Positions 19,205 to 31,409 of a stretch of 64,000 bases of DNA are shown here, one piece after another; the stretch's first letter is position 1; each line of letters opens with the position of its first letter. The stretch comes from Polyangiaceae bacterium (GTDB lineage Bacteria > Myxococcota_A > Polyangia > Polyangiales > Polyangiaceae): the NCBI GenBank assembly GCA_965222375.1, contig CBDCTZ010000013.1, positions 96,001 to 160,000 on the forward strand, given 5' to 3'. The notes under the pieces were generated by a model. It saw nothing but the letters and a program-made list of their open reading frames with translations. It was not told where the DNA came from and did no database searches. The translations under genes and the position numbers were made by a program.

Positions 19205-20500
19205 TCAGAAGAAGCCGAAGCGCTTCCGCTTCTTTTCTTCGCGTTGCTCGACGACGACTTTGGCGCCTTTGCTCAGGTTGTCGTCTTTGAGCACGCTCCA
19301 GACACCGTCCGTGAAGCCCGTCTTGACCACTCGGTGCTCCAGAGTCTCCGAGCCCTGCTCTCCTCCAGCCACGAGATAAACCCGACCCTCACCATGCTTC
19401 AGCGGCGGCGGCGGTTTGACCTTTTTGGGTTTGCCGTCCTCGTCCTTTTCTGGAAGCGGCCGGAAGCGCAGAGCGGAGTTGCGCACGGCAAGCACCTGCT
19501 TGGCCTCCCGGGTGCGGATCGTGACTGTAGCCGTCATGCCGGGTCGCAGCTTCAATTCGGGGTTGCGCACGTCCACCACTGCGGAATAGGTCACAACACC
19601 TTGCACGTTGTTGGGTGCGTAGCGGATTTGGGTCACTTCGCCGGAAAACGTCTCGCCGGGGAAGGCGTCAACCACCACGTCGGCCTTCATCTTCTCTTTC
19701 AGACGGCCCACGTCCGCTTCGTCGATATCCGCGAGCACCTGCATCTTGCTCAGATCCTGAGCGATCACGAACAGCACCGGCGCCGAGAAACTGGCTGCGA
19801 CGGTCTGACCAGGCTCCACCTGTCGGTCCACGACGATGCCGTCGATGGGTGAGTAGATGCGTGCATACGCCAGAGTGGTGCGCGCACTTTTCAGCTGCGC
19901 GGAGAGCTGTGAAATCTGCGCCCTCGCAGAAGCCACATCCGCGACGGCAATGTCATGCTCACCCTGTGCCTGGTCCAACTGTGACGATGACGCGATGCCT
20001 TCTTTGACTAGGCCCTTGGTCCGATTCAGAGTGACCTTGGCAGTCGCAAGCCGGCTCTGGGAGCGTTTCAGACTCGCTTTGGCGGCACGAAGTTGGGCGC
20101 CGGATTGGCTGACTTGAGCACCGAGCAGACTGGGATCGATTTCCGCGAGCAGGTCCCCCTTTTTCACGGTACTGTTGAAGTCTGCGAGAACCTTGACCAC
20201 ACGGCCCGACACCTGCGCTCCTACTTGCACTTCCGTGACGGGCTTGACGCTGCCCGTGGACTGCACCTGCTCCGTGATGTCGCGGATCTCCACCGCCTCC
20301 GTCATGAAGCGCGCCGGAGGTGGCGGGCGCGTTGCCTTGCGCCAAGCCATGCCGCCAAACACCACGCCTCCCAGCACCACGACCAGGAGCAGACGACGCA
20401 ACCACTTGCGACCACCCTGGCGCGCGAGATCGCGCTTGAGATCGCGAGCGGCCTCGCTCACCAGGCCGGGCTCTGTTCCGTTTTGCACCGATTGGGCCAT
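19205..20500 (-). CDS. Efflux periplasmic adaptor subunit (MacA-like)
   Basis: VQVGAQVSGRV, IYSPIDGIV, GQTVAASF, LRPGMTA. Confidence 0.92.
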   Translation of the reverse strand: MAQSVQNGTEPGLVSEAARDLKRDLARQGGRKWLRRLLLVVVLGGVVFGGMAWRKATRPPPPARFMTEAVEIRDITEQVQSTGSVKPVTEVQVGAQVSGRVVKVLADFNSTVKKGDLLAEIDPSLLGAQVSQSGAQLRAAKASLKRSQSRLATAKVTLNRTKGLVKEGIASSSQLDQAQGEHDIAVADVASARAQISQLSAQLKSARTTLAYARIYSPIDGIVVDRQVEPGQTVAASFSAPVLFVIAQDLSKMQVLADIDEADVGRLKEKMKADVVVDAFPGETFSGEVTQIRYAPNNVQGVVTYSAVVDVRNPELKLRPGMTATVTIRTREAKQVLAVRNSALRFRPLPEKDEDGKPKKVKPPPPLKHGEGRVYLVAGGEQGSETLEHRVVKTGFTDGVWSVLKDDNLSKGAKVVVEQREEKKRKRFGFF

Positions 20501-20780
20501 GAGAAGTTGCGTGGGTTTGTCGCCAAGACGTGGCGCTGGCTAGCGGGAACTCGACCCCGTCCTGGTCCCCTAATACCGCGGCCCTCCGGGCGCCGCCCCC
20601 GGGCAGCCCACGAAAGAACCATTTCCATCATGCCTGGGCATTATATTCAATAGTTTCATATATTTACGATCATCCAAGGCCAAGTGCCGCTCGATTGTCC
20701 AATTCAGCAGTGTTGCGCTACCGTGAACATTCGAATGCATCGCCCCTAGGGCGAAACCGCGACTTCGCAGCGGACCGGGC

Positions 20781-21371
20781 ATGCCCCAAAAGACCGATCG
20801 TGAGCTGGTGGATGCGGCCCGTGGGGGCGACGCGAGTGCTTTCGGCGTTCTCGTACGCCGGCACCAGAAGCGCGTCTATCGCGTGGCGGTACACTTACTC
20901 AAGGATGGCGCAGAGGCCGAGGACGTGGCGCAAGAGACGTTCGTGCGGGCCTACCGCGCCCTCGATCGCTTCGATGGGCGGAGCGAGCCCTTCACTTGGA
21001 TTTATCGAATAGCCGTGAATCTCTCCCTAAACGCAATCCGATCCCGCAAGACCCGCCGCGCCGGCCCCAGCCCCGACGATCCGCGGATCGAAGCCGCGCT
21101 CGTGGACAAGAACCCCACGACGGGCAACCCCCATGGCGCTGCGGCGGATCGGGAGCTGGCTGAGGCCTTGGCCGCCGGCATCGACTCGCTCAGCGATACC
21201 CTGCGCACCACCCTCGTCCTCGTGGTCATCGACGGCCTATCCCATGCAGAGGCGGCAGAAGTGCTCGGCTGCCCGGAGGGCACCGTAGCCTGGCGCATCC
21301 ATGAAGCGCGACGAAAACTCAAAACCTATCTGCTCGAAAGCGGACACGGCACTTCGGGAGCGGGCTCATGA
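20781..21371 (+). CDS. ECF sigma factor (RpoE-like)
   Basis: GDASAFGVLV, AEDVAQETF, FTWIYRIAVN, GLSHAEAAEVLGCPEGTV. Confidence 0.92.
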   Translation: MPQKTDRELVDAARGGDASAFGVLVRRHQKRVYRVAVHLLKDGAEAEDVAQETFVRAYRALDRFDGRSEPFTWIYRIAVNLSLNAIRSRKTRRAGPSPDDPRIEAALVDKNPTTGNPHGAAADRELAEALAAGIDSLSDTLRTTLVLVVIDGLSHAEAAEVLGCPEGTVAWRIHEARRKLKTYLLESGHGTSGAGS

Positions 21372-22492
21372 GCACCAAAGACGAACGGCTGCCCGAAGGC
21401 GCAGAAAAGCTGCTCGCCGAGTGGCCGTTGCCCGAGCGCAACGACGACGATTGGGAAAAGAGCGCGTTAGCCATCGAAGCCCGAATGGTCGAAGCCGCCG
21501 AAAACGATACCGCAAGCGATGACGCACTGCTCTCCGCGCCGCTGCCAGCGGAGCCTGGCGAGGAGGGTGCAACCCCGGAACCGGCACCCATGAGTCTTGC
21601 GGAGCTAGCGCGTCAGAGCGTGGCGGATGACGACGAGGATCCCGACGTGGACCTCGCTCGGGATGCCCTGTCCGTGGCGACTCGTGCCCGCACTAGCCAG
21701 CCTGTCATTCCCGCAAGTGTTCGCGCCGACGCAGCACGGCTCGCAGCGCAGGCGGCAACGCCCGCCGCGCAATCGGCGCCCAAGGGGCCCGCCGTCTCAG
21801 CGGCGCCCGCACCAACATCCAAGCCCTCGCGGGCGCCCTGGATTGCTTCCGCATTGGTGCTCGGTGGGCTGGTGATCGCCGTTGGAATCGTATGGAAGAT
21901 GCGCACCCCCGTGGGCGCGATCGCCTACATGCCCAACAAGCCCGAGGCACCCGCCGAGCCCGCCCCACTCAAGGCAGAAGCGCCGAAAGGGGGCGATCCC
22001 GCGTCCCTGAGCATCGACCAGCTCCCTGGGGAGGGTGACAAGCCCGCCGGTCCAGCCGCGGGCGGCAAGGTGGCGCGAGCCGGCGCTGGCGCGGGTAAGG
22101 CTGCGCCGACTCCCACCGACGCGAGAAAGGGCGCAGCCCCCGAGGAGCCCGAGCCCAAAGTCGCAGCGAAACCCAAGCCCAAGCCAGACCCCGACGAGGA
22201 CCTGAAACCCGCGGCCAACCCGACGGACGTGCCGCAGAAGCCGTCGACCGGCGCGGTGCAGGCGGCGATCGGTTCCGTCCTCGGCAGCGCCCGGGCCTGC
22301 GTGGCTGGCCACAAGCAGCCCTCGCGGGCGACGCTGACCTTCAGCTCTGACGGGCGCGTGAAGAGCGTCGCTGTCTCGGGTCCCGCAGCGGGCTCAGCGG
22401 CTGAAGGCTGCATTCGTTCGGCGCTGTCGCGGGCGCGGGTACACCCCTTTTCCCGGCCAACTTTCAGTGTCGGCGTCACGGTTCGACCCTGA
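21368..22492 (+). CDS. Putative anti-sigma: acidic N-domain, TM helix, Pro/Lys linker, TonB-C/AgmX-like C-terminal domain
   Basis: ATGA overlap; TM WIASALVLGGLVIAVGIVW; ARAC..FSSDGRVKSV..AEGCIRSAL. Confidence 0.7.
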   Translation: MSTKDERLPEGAEKLLAEWPLPERNDDDWEKSALAIEARMVEAAENDTASDDALLSAPLPAEPGEEGATPEPAPMSLAELARQSVADDDEDPDVDLARDALSVATRARTSQPVIPASVRADAARLAAQAATPAAQSAPKGPAVSAAPAPTSKPSRAPWIASALVLGGLVIAVGIVWKMRTPVGAIAYMPNKPEAPAEPAPLKAEAPKGGDPASLSIDQLPGEGDKPAGPAAGGKVARAGAGAGKAAPTPTDARKGAAPEEPEPKVAAKPKPKPDPDEDLKPAANPTDVPQKPSTGAVQAAIGSVLGSARACVAGHKQPSRATLTFSSDGRVKSVAVSGPAAGSAAEGCIRSALSRARVHPFSRPTFSVGVTVRP

Positions 22493-22583
22493 TCTCGGCG
22501 CTCCGCTCCCGGCCAGACCCAAGAAAAACGGGCAATCCTGCAGCTATCGACGAAACCCAGCGAAAGAACGACGAAAAACCGCG

Positions 22584-22612
22584 TTGACAGGCGCAAGACC
22601 GTCTTTCATAGT
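22584..22612 (+). promoter_or_regulatory. Sigma70-type promoter
   Basis: TTGACA-N17-CATAGT with A-rich upstream sequence. Confidence 0.75.
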
Positions 22613-22661
22613 CCCGGCCCCTTTCGCCGGGCGTCCGCCCAGCTCATCGAGGTTATCGAAC

Positions 22662-22835
22662 ATGGTCTCTTCCACACGACAGACCGAGCGCCGCAGGGAG
22701 CTCAAGAGCAACAAGTACGGGCGTGCCAAGCGCCGTCTGCGCGTGCGAGAAGGCACGCCGGCATTCTCCGTTCACCCCCCGGGCTACGATCCGAAGGCCG
22801 CTGACGCCAAGAAAAGCGCGCCCAAGACTGCTTGA
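22662..22835 (+). CDS. Small highly basic protein (57 aa) upstream of rpsT
   Basis: RBS GAGGT; MVSSTRQTERRRELKSNKYGRAKRRLRVREGTPAFSVHPPGYDPKAADAKKSAPKTA; stop 11 nt before the rpsT ATG. Confidence 0.7.
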   Translation: MVSSTRQTERRRELKSNKYGRAKRRLRVREGTPAFSVHPPGYDPKAADAKKSAPKTA

Positions 22836-22846
22836 AGGATTGATTG

Positions 22847-23110
22847 ATGGCTAACCACGCTTCCGCCGAGAAACGCAATCGCCAACGCCTCGTTCGCACC
22901 GAGCGCAATCGCGCCGTGCGAGCCACCGTACGCACCGCCGTGAAGAAGGCACGCACCGCCATCGCCGCTGGCGACAAAGCGGCCGCGGCGCCGTTGGTCG
23001 ATGATGCCGCCAAGAAGCTCGCCCGGGCCGTGTCCAAGGGCGCTTTAGCGAAGAATAGCGGCGCCCGCACGACCTCGCGGATCCGCAGCGGCCTGTCCAA
23101 GCTGGGCTGA
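22847..23110 (+). CDS. rpsT: 30S ribosomal protein S20
   Basis: MANHASAEKRNRQ..RNRAVRATVRTAVKK..AVSKGAL.KN..AR..SR. Confidence 0.95.
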   Translation: MANHASAEKRNRQRLVRTERNRAVRATVRTAVKKARTAIAAGDKAAAAPLVDDAAKKLARAVSKGALAKNSGARTTSRIRSGLSKLG

Positions 23111-23183
23111 TTTCGGCCCCCAGCAGCCCGCGTGCTACGCTGCTCCGGGCAGCGCGAGCTTTCCCGGTGCGTGGCAAGCGAAC

Positions 23184-24548
23184 ATGACCGATAGTGACGG
23201 GGAAATAGACGCACTTCTGGGGCAGACCGTCGCGGACAAGTATCGCGTCGAACGTGTACTTGGCCGGGGCGGCATGGGGGCGGTCTACGCGGCGACGCAC
23301 CTCAAGATCAACAAGCAAGTCGCGCTGAAATTCCTCGACCGGGAAGCGGCCCAGGACGAAGACTCCGTGGAGCGCTTCCAGCGCGAAGCGGAAGCTGCCA
23401 GCGCCGTCGACAGCGCGCACATCGTTCAGATCTTCGATTCGGGCGCTCACGACGGGCAGCCCTACCTGGTCATGGAGGTGCTGCGGGGAGAGGACTTGCG
23501 CACCCGCCTGAAGCGCGAAAAGCGAGTGCCGGTCTCAGACGCGATCCATATCAGCGGACAGGTCCTGCGCGCCTTGGCTCGAGCTCATGCGGCGGGCATC
23601 GTGCATCGCGATCTGAAGCCCGACAACGTGTTCCTGTGTCAGCGGGACGACGACCCGATGTTCGTCAAGATCGTGGACTTTGGGATCTCGAAGATCGCTC
23701 GACGCAAGGCTACGAGCAATACACTGACGCGGCGGGGTACCGTGCTGGGAACGGCCTTCTACATGTCGCCGGAGCAAGCCCAGGCATTCACGGACATCGA
23801 CGGACGCAGCGATCTATTCAGCCTGGGCACGATCTTGTACGAAGCCCTCGCCGGGCGCCCACCCCACGACGGCGAAGCCTACGAAGCGATTCTGATCAAC
23901 ATCTGCACCAAGGATGCACCCTCGGTGCGGACCCACGCTCCCGAGGTGCCCGAGCCCCTCGCGCAGGTGATCTCCAAGGCTCTCAGCCGTGATCGGGACC
24001 AGCGCTACCAAACGGCCACGGAATTCTACGAAGCCCTGGCCCTAGCGATGCCAGGGACACTTCGCACCGGCGCGGGAACCATCAGCGCCCGCAACCCATT
24101 TCCGAGCCAGGCGGACACGCCCTCTGTCTCCGCTCGTGGCTCAAAAACCGTGGAGGGAACGGCCGTCAAAACCGGCGGCACCGTGCGCCGAGCCCAGACA
24201 TTTCGCACCGCCGTGTTGGTCATCACGGTCGCCCTCGGGGCCTTCATCGCCACCGTGTTCTTCATGCGCGGAACCAAGGACGAAGGGGATCCACACGCAG
24301 GTGCGCGCGGAGCCCCGGCCGCGGAAATCCAGACCGCCACCCAGACCACGCCCGCGGCGATGGCGCCGCCATCGGCGAGTGCACCCGAGGTACGGCCGAG
24401 TGCGTCCGCCCCCAAGCCCGAGGTCGGCCCACTACCCAAGCGCCCACCACGGCCAAACCTAAGTCCCAAACCTACGGCCAAACCCGCACCGAAGCCCGGG
24501 CCGGCGGGGGTTGCGACCGGGCTCCAGCTCGACGAAAGTGGGCCCTGA
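23184..24548 (+). CDS. Hanks-type Ser/Thr kinase, membrane-anchored, Pro-rich external tail
   Basis: LGRGGMGAVY, HRDLKPDN, DFGISK, GTAFYMSPE, TM AVLVITVALGAFIATVFF. Confidence 0.95.
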   Translation: MTDSDGEIDALLGQTVADKYRVERVLGRGGMGAVYAATHLKINKQVALKFLDREAAQDEDSVERFQREAEAASAVDSAHIVQIFDSGAHDGQPYLVMEVLRGEDLRTRLKREKRVPVSDAIHISGQVLRALARAHAAGIVHRDLKPDNVFLCQRDDDPMFVKIVDFGISKIARRKATSNTLTRRGTVLGTAFYMSPEQAQAFTDIDGRSDLFSLGTILYEALAGRPPHDGEAYEAILINICTKDAPSVRTHAPEVPEPLAQVISKALSRDRDQRYQTATEFYEALALAMPGTLRTGAGTISARNPFPSQADTPSVSARGSKTVEGTAVKTGGTVRRAQTFRTAVLVITVALGAFIATVFFMRGTKDEGDPHAGARGAPAAEIQTATQTTPAAMAPPSASAPEVRPSASAPKPEVGPLPKRPPRPNLSPKPTAKPAPKPGPAGVATGLQLDESGP

Positions 24549-24564
24549 TCGACTTCTTTGAGCG

Positions 24565-26136
24565 GTGTCCACGTCTAGCCCGGGTTGCTATAACCCCGGC
24601 GGACCCTCCGTGACGCTCACCCTCCGACTCTGCCCTGCCCTGCTCTGTATGGCCATGGCCGGCTCTTTCGCCGGCCTGTGGCTGAGCCCAGGCATCGCCC
24701 AAGCCGAGGAGTCCAAAGAAGATCGGGCCAAGCGTCACTTCAAGAACGGCGTCAACCTCTACACGGACAAGAACTACGCGGGCGCGATGGCAGAGTTCGA
24801 GGCGGCCTATCGCCTCAAACCCGGCGCCAGCTCCCTGAAGAACATCGCGCTATGCCAAAAGGGCTTGTTTCGCTACACCGAGGCCGCAGGCACTCTGCGC
24901 ACGGCGCTCAACAAGCACGGCAGCGAACTATCTGCGGACGAACGCAAGTCCATCGAAGCCGCCATTGCGGAGTTTTCGGCTCTGGTTGGCACCGTCATCG
25001 TGCGCCCCAGCGTCCCCAAAGCTCGGGTCAGCGTGGACGGCCGCGTGCTGACGGCCGCGGAAATCGGCAAGCCCCTGACCCTCAATGTCGGCGAGCACAC
25101 GATTGTCGCGGATGCACCCGGCCACGCCAAAGCCAGTCGGCTGGTCCGGGTAGCAGGTGGCCAAAAAGACCAGGTCGTCGATCTGGCGCTACGCCCCGTT
25201 GCAGGCTTCGTCACCGTCAAAGCCCAACACCCCGAGGATGCCATCGCCATCGACGGAAAGGGACTGAGCTTCGGCAGCTACTCCGGGCCGGTGCAACCCG
25301 GGCAGCGGATCTTGCAGGTCTATCGCCAAGGGTTCATCAGCTACGAGCAGCGACTGGTGATCGAATTGGGCAAGACCATCGACATCGTGGCGCCGGCGCT
25401 CGAGGCAGACGAAGACGCGCCGCCACCTGAGGTTCCAGGCGCGCCAAAGACGAAGGTGCCCCAGGTACGCGGCTGGTACGGCCTGCTGACCCTGAACGGC
25501 CTCGGCCTGCGCAACGACCCAGAGGATCTCGACATCGACAACGCCTCGGCCAGCGGCGCGGGCGTCGGAGTGCGCGCGGGCTATCGAATCTGGACGCCCA
25601 TCGCCGTGGAGCTGATGCTCGATTCGAGCCGACACGACATTGAGCGCGCGTGTGACCAGCAGGTGGAGCGAACGAAGAGCACACCGCCCTCACGAGACTG
25701 CGGGACAAGTGCGTTCGAACGCGACCTGCAACTGGACTCGTTTCGGCTGGGCCCCAACCTGCGCATCATGAGCGGCGGCGACAACTTGCGGTTCACCTCG
25801 AGCCTCGGTGCTGGCGCGGTGCGCCACCAGCTGGAGCTAAAAAAGCCCGACCCGAACGACCCGGACAAGGACCTGGCCCTGGCGCCGGGCGAGGCCAAAG
25901 GCTGGGATCCGTACTTCATGCTCGAAGTCGGAGCGCAGTACAACTGGGGTCACGTCCTGCTCGAGCTGGACGTGATCATCCTCCTCGACGGCGCGAGCAA
26001 CACCGTCGGTAGCTTCTCGGACGGAAAGAGCTGGGAGCCCTTTGCCGACACCGGTGGCCTGCTCATGGGCGGCCTGGGCCTGCGCGTCGGCTGGAGCGAA
26101 TGGACGCCAGACAGCGCCAAGCCGGTTGCCCGCTGA
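24565..26136 (+). CDS. TPR + PEGA-domain exported protein with C-terminal beta-barrel-like region
   Basis: AKRHFKNGVNLY..AEFEAAYRL; ARVSVDG..GEHTIV; LRVGW near the C-terminus; start may be 24610 or later. Confidence 0.8.
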   Translation: MSTSSPGCYNPGGPSVTLTLRLCPALLCMAMAGSFAGLWLSPGIAQAEESKEDRAKRHFKNGVNLYTDKNYAGAMAEFEAAYRLKPGASSLKNIALCQKGLFRYTEAAGTLRTALNKHGSELSADERKSIEAAIAEFSALVGTVIVRPSVPKARVSVDGRVLTAAEIGKPLTLNVGEHTIVADAPGHAKASRLVRVAGGQKDQVVDLALRPVAGFVTVKAQHPEDAIAIDGKGLSFGSYSGPVQPGQRILQVYRQGFISYEQRLVIELGKTIDIVAPALEADEDAPPPEVPGAPKTKVPQVRGWYGLLTLNGLGLRNDPEDLDIDNASASGAGVGVRAGYRIWTPIAVELMLDSSRHDIERACDQQVERTKSTPPSRDCGTSAFERDLQLDSFRLGPNLRIMSGGDNLRFTSSLGAGAVRHQLELKKPDPNDPDKDLALAPGEAKGWDPYFMLEVGAQYNWGHVLLELDVIILLDGASNTVGSFSDGKSWEPFADTGGLLMGGLGLRVGWSEWTPDSAKPVAR

Positions 26137-26275
26137 GGCATCACGGATGGCCGCCGGGTGAGCGACTCTCAGGACCGGGCCGCCTCGGAAAGGCATCGGT
26201 GAATTGCACTTGTTCCCTGTCACCCGGAAAAAGCCCACTTGCCCGATAGGGTGCGTCCGCACAGACTAATGGCCC

Positions 26276-27406
26276 ATGCACGCTAGGCGTTCGAACATGT
26301 GTTTGGCGGGCGGTTGCGCAATCGCGTTTGGGCTTGTGCTGACGTCGCCGCCCATGGTGTCGACGGCGGTCGGGTGCGCCGGTGGTCCCTCCTTTCCGGC
26401 AGAACGACCCAATAGTGGCTGGGAGACGCTCACCTATCCAGACCAGACGACACTACCCAAGGACGGTGTGATCGTGCTCCGCGGGCTTCGCCATTCGACA
26501 GGCAGCGTGGGCGAGACGGGCGGCGTCAGTGTGACGGTGACGGACGCGGCGGCCAATCCCGTTCCTGGCAAATTCCGATTGGAGCCGACGGATGGCCATT
26601 GGCCCGCAGTGACTTATGTGGTCTGGGCGCCCGACGCACCGCTGCAACCGGGCAACATGTACTCCGTCGCATGGCAAACGGACAGCGGGTTTGTACACAG
26701 CAACCTCATCAACGACAGCGCGACGTTCAACGTCGACGACGCAACTTCAACGCCCAGCCACTTGAAGGCACCGGCACCGAGCTCTGATCGGACACACGCG
26801 CTGACTGGACCGCAGATCCACGGCTGCAATGGCACAGACTGCCAGATTCCACCGTTCGGCAGCGTGGAAATCCAACCGTACGGTATCCGCGTCACGGTCA
26901 ATCCACCGACGGCGCCGAATCAGTATTATGCGCTGTCGCTGCGTGAGGTTCCCGGCAAGGGTACGTTCGCAGAGACCCACGACACTCCGTGGTCCAAGCA
27001 TCGCCAGGTCATGGCGACGCCCTGGTTGGCCCCGCAGGAGCTGACAGCGTGGTTCAACGAAGACCTACCAGAATACTGCGTCGAGTTGGTTCAGCGCGAT
27101 CTGCGCAGCGGCGCCGAGAGCAGGCAAGAGGTGTGTGTGCCCCGAACTGAACAGGCCCCGAATGGGTACCCCCTGCTCAATGGCTTGTTGTCACAGTGCT
27201 CGTCTCCTCCCGCTGGACATCTCGACGCCTGGTGCGCGCTCAACCCGTCCAAAGAAGAGTGCAGCAAGGGCGTGAACTCCGGGAGAGGCGACAGCTCCGG
27301 CTCCGGATGCAGCATCCGCAACGCTCCGCGCCCAGCGCCGCAGGGCGTGCTGCTCGTCGCACTGCTATCGCTGCCGCTGCTCAGGCGCCGACGCCAAGAT
27401 TGCTAG
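26276..27406 (+). CDS. Secreted/surface protein with MYXO-CTERM-like sorting tail
   Basis: Signal peptide; C-terminus GSGCSI..VLLVALLSLPLLRRRR. Confidence 0.75.
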   Translation: MHARRSNMCLAGGCAIAFGLVLTSPPMVSTAVGCAGGPSFPAERPNSGWETLTYPDQTTLPKDGVIVLRGLRHSTGSVGETGGVSVTVTDAAANPVPGKFRLEPTDGHWPAVTYVVWAPDAPLQPGNMYSVAWQTDSGFVHSNLINDSATFNVDDATSTPSHLKAPAPSSDRTHALTGPQIHGCNGTDCQIPPFGSVEIQPYGIRVTVNPPTAPNQYYALSLREVPGKGTFAETHDTPWSKHRQVMATPWLAPQELTAWFNEDLPEYCVELVQRDLRSGAESRQEVCVPRTEQAPNGYPLLNGLLSQCSSPPAGHLDAWCALNPSKEECSKGVNSGRGDSSGSGCSIRNAPRPAPQGVLLVALLSLPLLRRRRQDC

Positions 27407-27525
27407 TTTGGCCACGCTGGTTTCGGGTTGGGATGGACGAACCAAAGGTGACGAACGCAACGGCGAAGTGCCCTGAGGAGTGTTGGGGCCACGCCTCTCG
27501 CGCGTATGCGGCGCGAGAGGCGACG

Positions 27526-27851
27526 TCAACGCCCCGGCACCGGCACCTTGCCTGCGCAAGCGGCACCTTCGGCCACGCGCGCGAAGCCCGGCAACGTCGC
27601 CGCTAGATCTTCGGGGCGCAGTTGTCGCGACACGCCGTGCAGCCTTCGATCCCAACATCGACGAGCACGAGTCGCTTGTCGCTGCGAGCAAGCTCGAAGG
27701 CTTCGGGTCCCCAGGAGCGCCAGGCAATGGGTTGGTGGGCCGGTGCTCGAGCCGACGCGGGTGCGTGCGATCCGCCGCAACCCGGGAGGCTCACGGCGGC
27801 ACATGCCAGCACGAGCCCGGCGACAAAGCGGTGGGTGAGCGGCATCGCCAC
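27526..27851 (-). pseudogene. Truncated DUF255/YyaL-type thioredoxin-domain lipoprotein
   Basis: PIAWRSWGPEAFELARSDKRLVLVDVGIEGCTACR, then stop 7 codons later. Confidence 0.65.
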
Positions 27852-27990
27852 TGGCTACGAACGACCGCTACGGCCGGTTTCTATGGCGAAGGAGACGCGC
27901 GCGCTGTAGCCGCTGAGGCCCACGCCCACAAGGCTCGCAAGCAGGGCCTCGCGACGCCCTCTCCGGTTCGTGATAGTGCGGAATCGAGCC

Positions 27991-29951
<1,961 letters not shown>

Positions 29952-29955
<4 letters not shown>

Positions 29956-31403
29956 CGGCCTGCCACATCGTGTTGGCCAGCCTCGTGCTGTCGGCCGCCG
30001 CGTGTTCTTCGGACGAGTCCACGTCCGAGGGCACCGGAGGTAGCACGAGCGTGGGCGGCAGCTCGGGCAGTGGGGGCGCGGGAGGCAGTGCTGGCTCAGT
30101 GGGCGGCGGCGCTGCGGGCACGGGTGCTGCGGGCAGTGGCGGCTCGGGCGGAGCCGACGCCGGAGGCGCAGGCGCGGACGGCGGCGCTGGAGCGGATGGC
30201 GGCCCTCCATTGCCGACACTGACCCCCCTGCACGATCAGCACCGCTTCGATCCGGGCAAGATGTTCGGCGGTTGGGGCCCACACTTGGGACACCTGGTGC
30301 GAGCCAACGCGTCCCAAGGCGGTGGCTCCACGCTCTGGTTCGTGGACGACCATTGCGCCCAGGCCGGCGCGGGCTCGCCCGTGTGCGACGCTAACAAGAA
30401 CCATCAGCTCGGCTATTTCGAACACGTCGCGGGTAGCTGGGCGTCCCGAGGCACGGTCGCGCTACCCGGCACGGTGCAACAAAACACCGCGACCATTGCC
30501 GCGGCCGGCGGCAAGCTGCTGCACAGCTTCGGAGTCGATGACGTCAGCCACGTGTTGCGGGAGTGCACCTACACGGTGGCGAGCGGCTCCCAGGGCTGCA
30601 CCACCCTGCCCTTTTCGCTCACGAACAACGCAAACTACATCGGCGCCGCCGTGTCACCTGCCGGTCATCGGGTCGTGTGGTGGACCAACGTCGTGGACGG
30701 CGGCGGCGGCGGATTCCACTACATCGTCGACTACGGCGGCGGTTGGAACGGACCGCGCTCGGGCTCGGCAGCTGGCTACAACGACGCCTCCTACATCAAC
30801 ATCGCCTTTGGCGATCCGACGCCCAACGCGTTCACAATGCACGTCCAGTTCGTTTCGGGGCTGGCTCCCAACTGGGGATTCGTCGGCGGCGTGGGTAGCG
30901 GCGATCTGAGCAACACGGCGCCCGTGACCTGGTCGCTTTCCCTCGCCTCGGTGGCGGGCGATCAGGTCATTTCCACCAACGACATCTGGATCGATCCGAA
31001 CACGAAAGACACGCATCTGGTGGCACGCACCAAGAGCGGCGCCGCGGCGTACTACTTTCGACCTGCGGGAGGCAATTGGTCGCCCGCCAGCTTCACCCTT
31101 CCAGCAACCTTCCGAGCGCGATTCATCGAGTCGGGGGGCCGATTGGTGCTGGTGTACGGCCCGAACGCGGGCGGGCTCGCGTATCGCATCGCGACGTCAT
31201 CGGACCGGGTCGCGAAAAAAGCCATCGATTGGCAGAAGTTGAGCGAGCGACAGGTAACGCTGCCCGCAGGGTTTGGCTCCATCGTCGCGATCTACCCGGA
31301 GAGCCCCGTGTACCAAGCCGCGCCCGCGCAAGGCATTCACGCCGTGGTCGTAGGCTCCGGCAGCGAAAACGAAACCCTGCACGTAGCCATCGAGCCGGGC
31401 TAG
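29952..31403 (+). CDS. Hypothetical lipoprotein, Gly-rich linker, beta-rich (propeller-like) domain
   Basis: GTGA overlap with acs; lipobox AAAC; GGSxG linker. Confidence 0.7.
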
Positions 31404-31409
31404 CCCCGC

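Noticed and set aside
27603..27605. TAG read-through in the DUF255 fragment
   Set aside because: Similarity is lost before the stop and the downstream frame does not resume the family pattern
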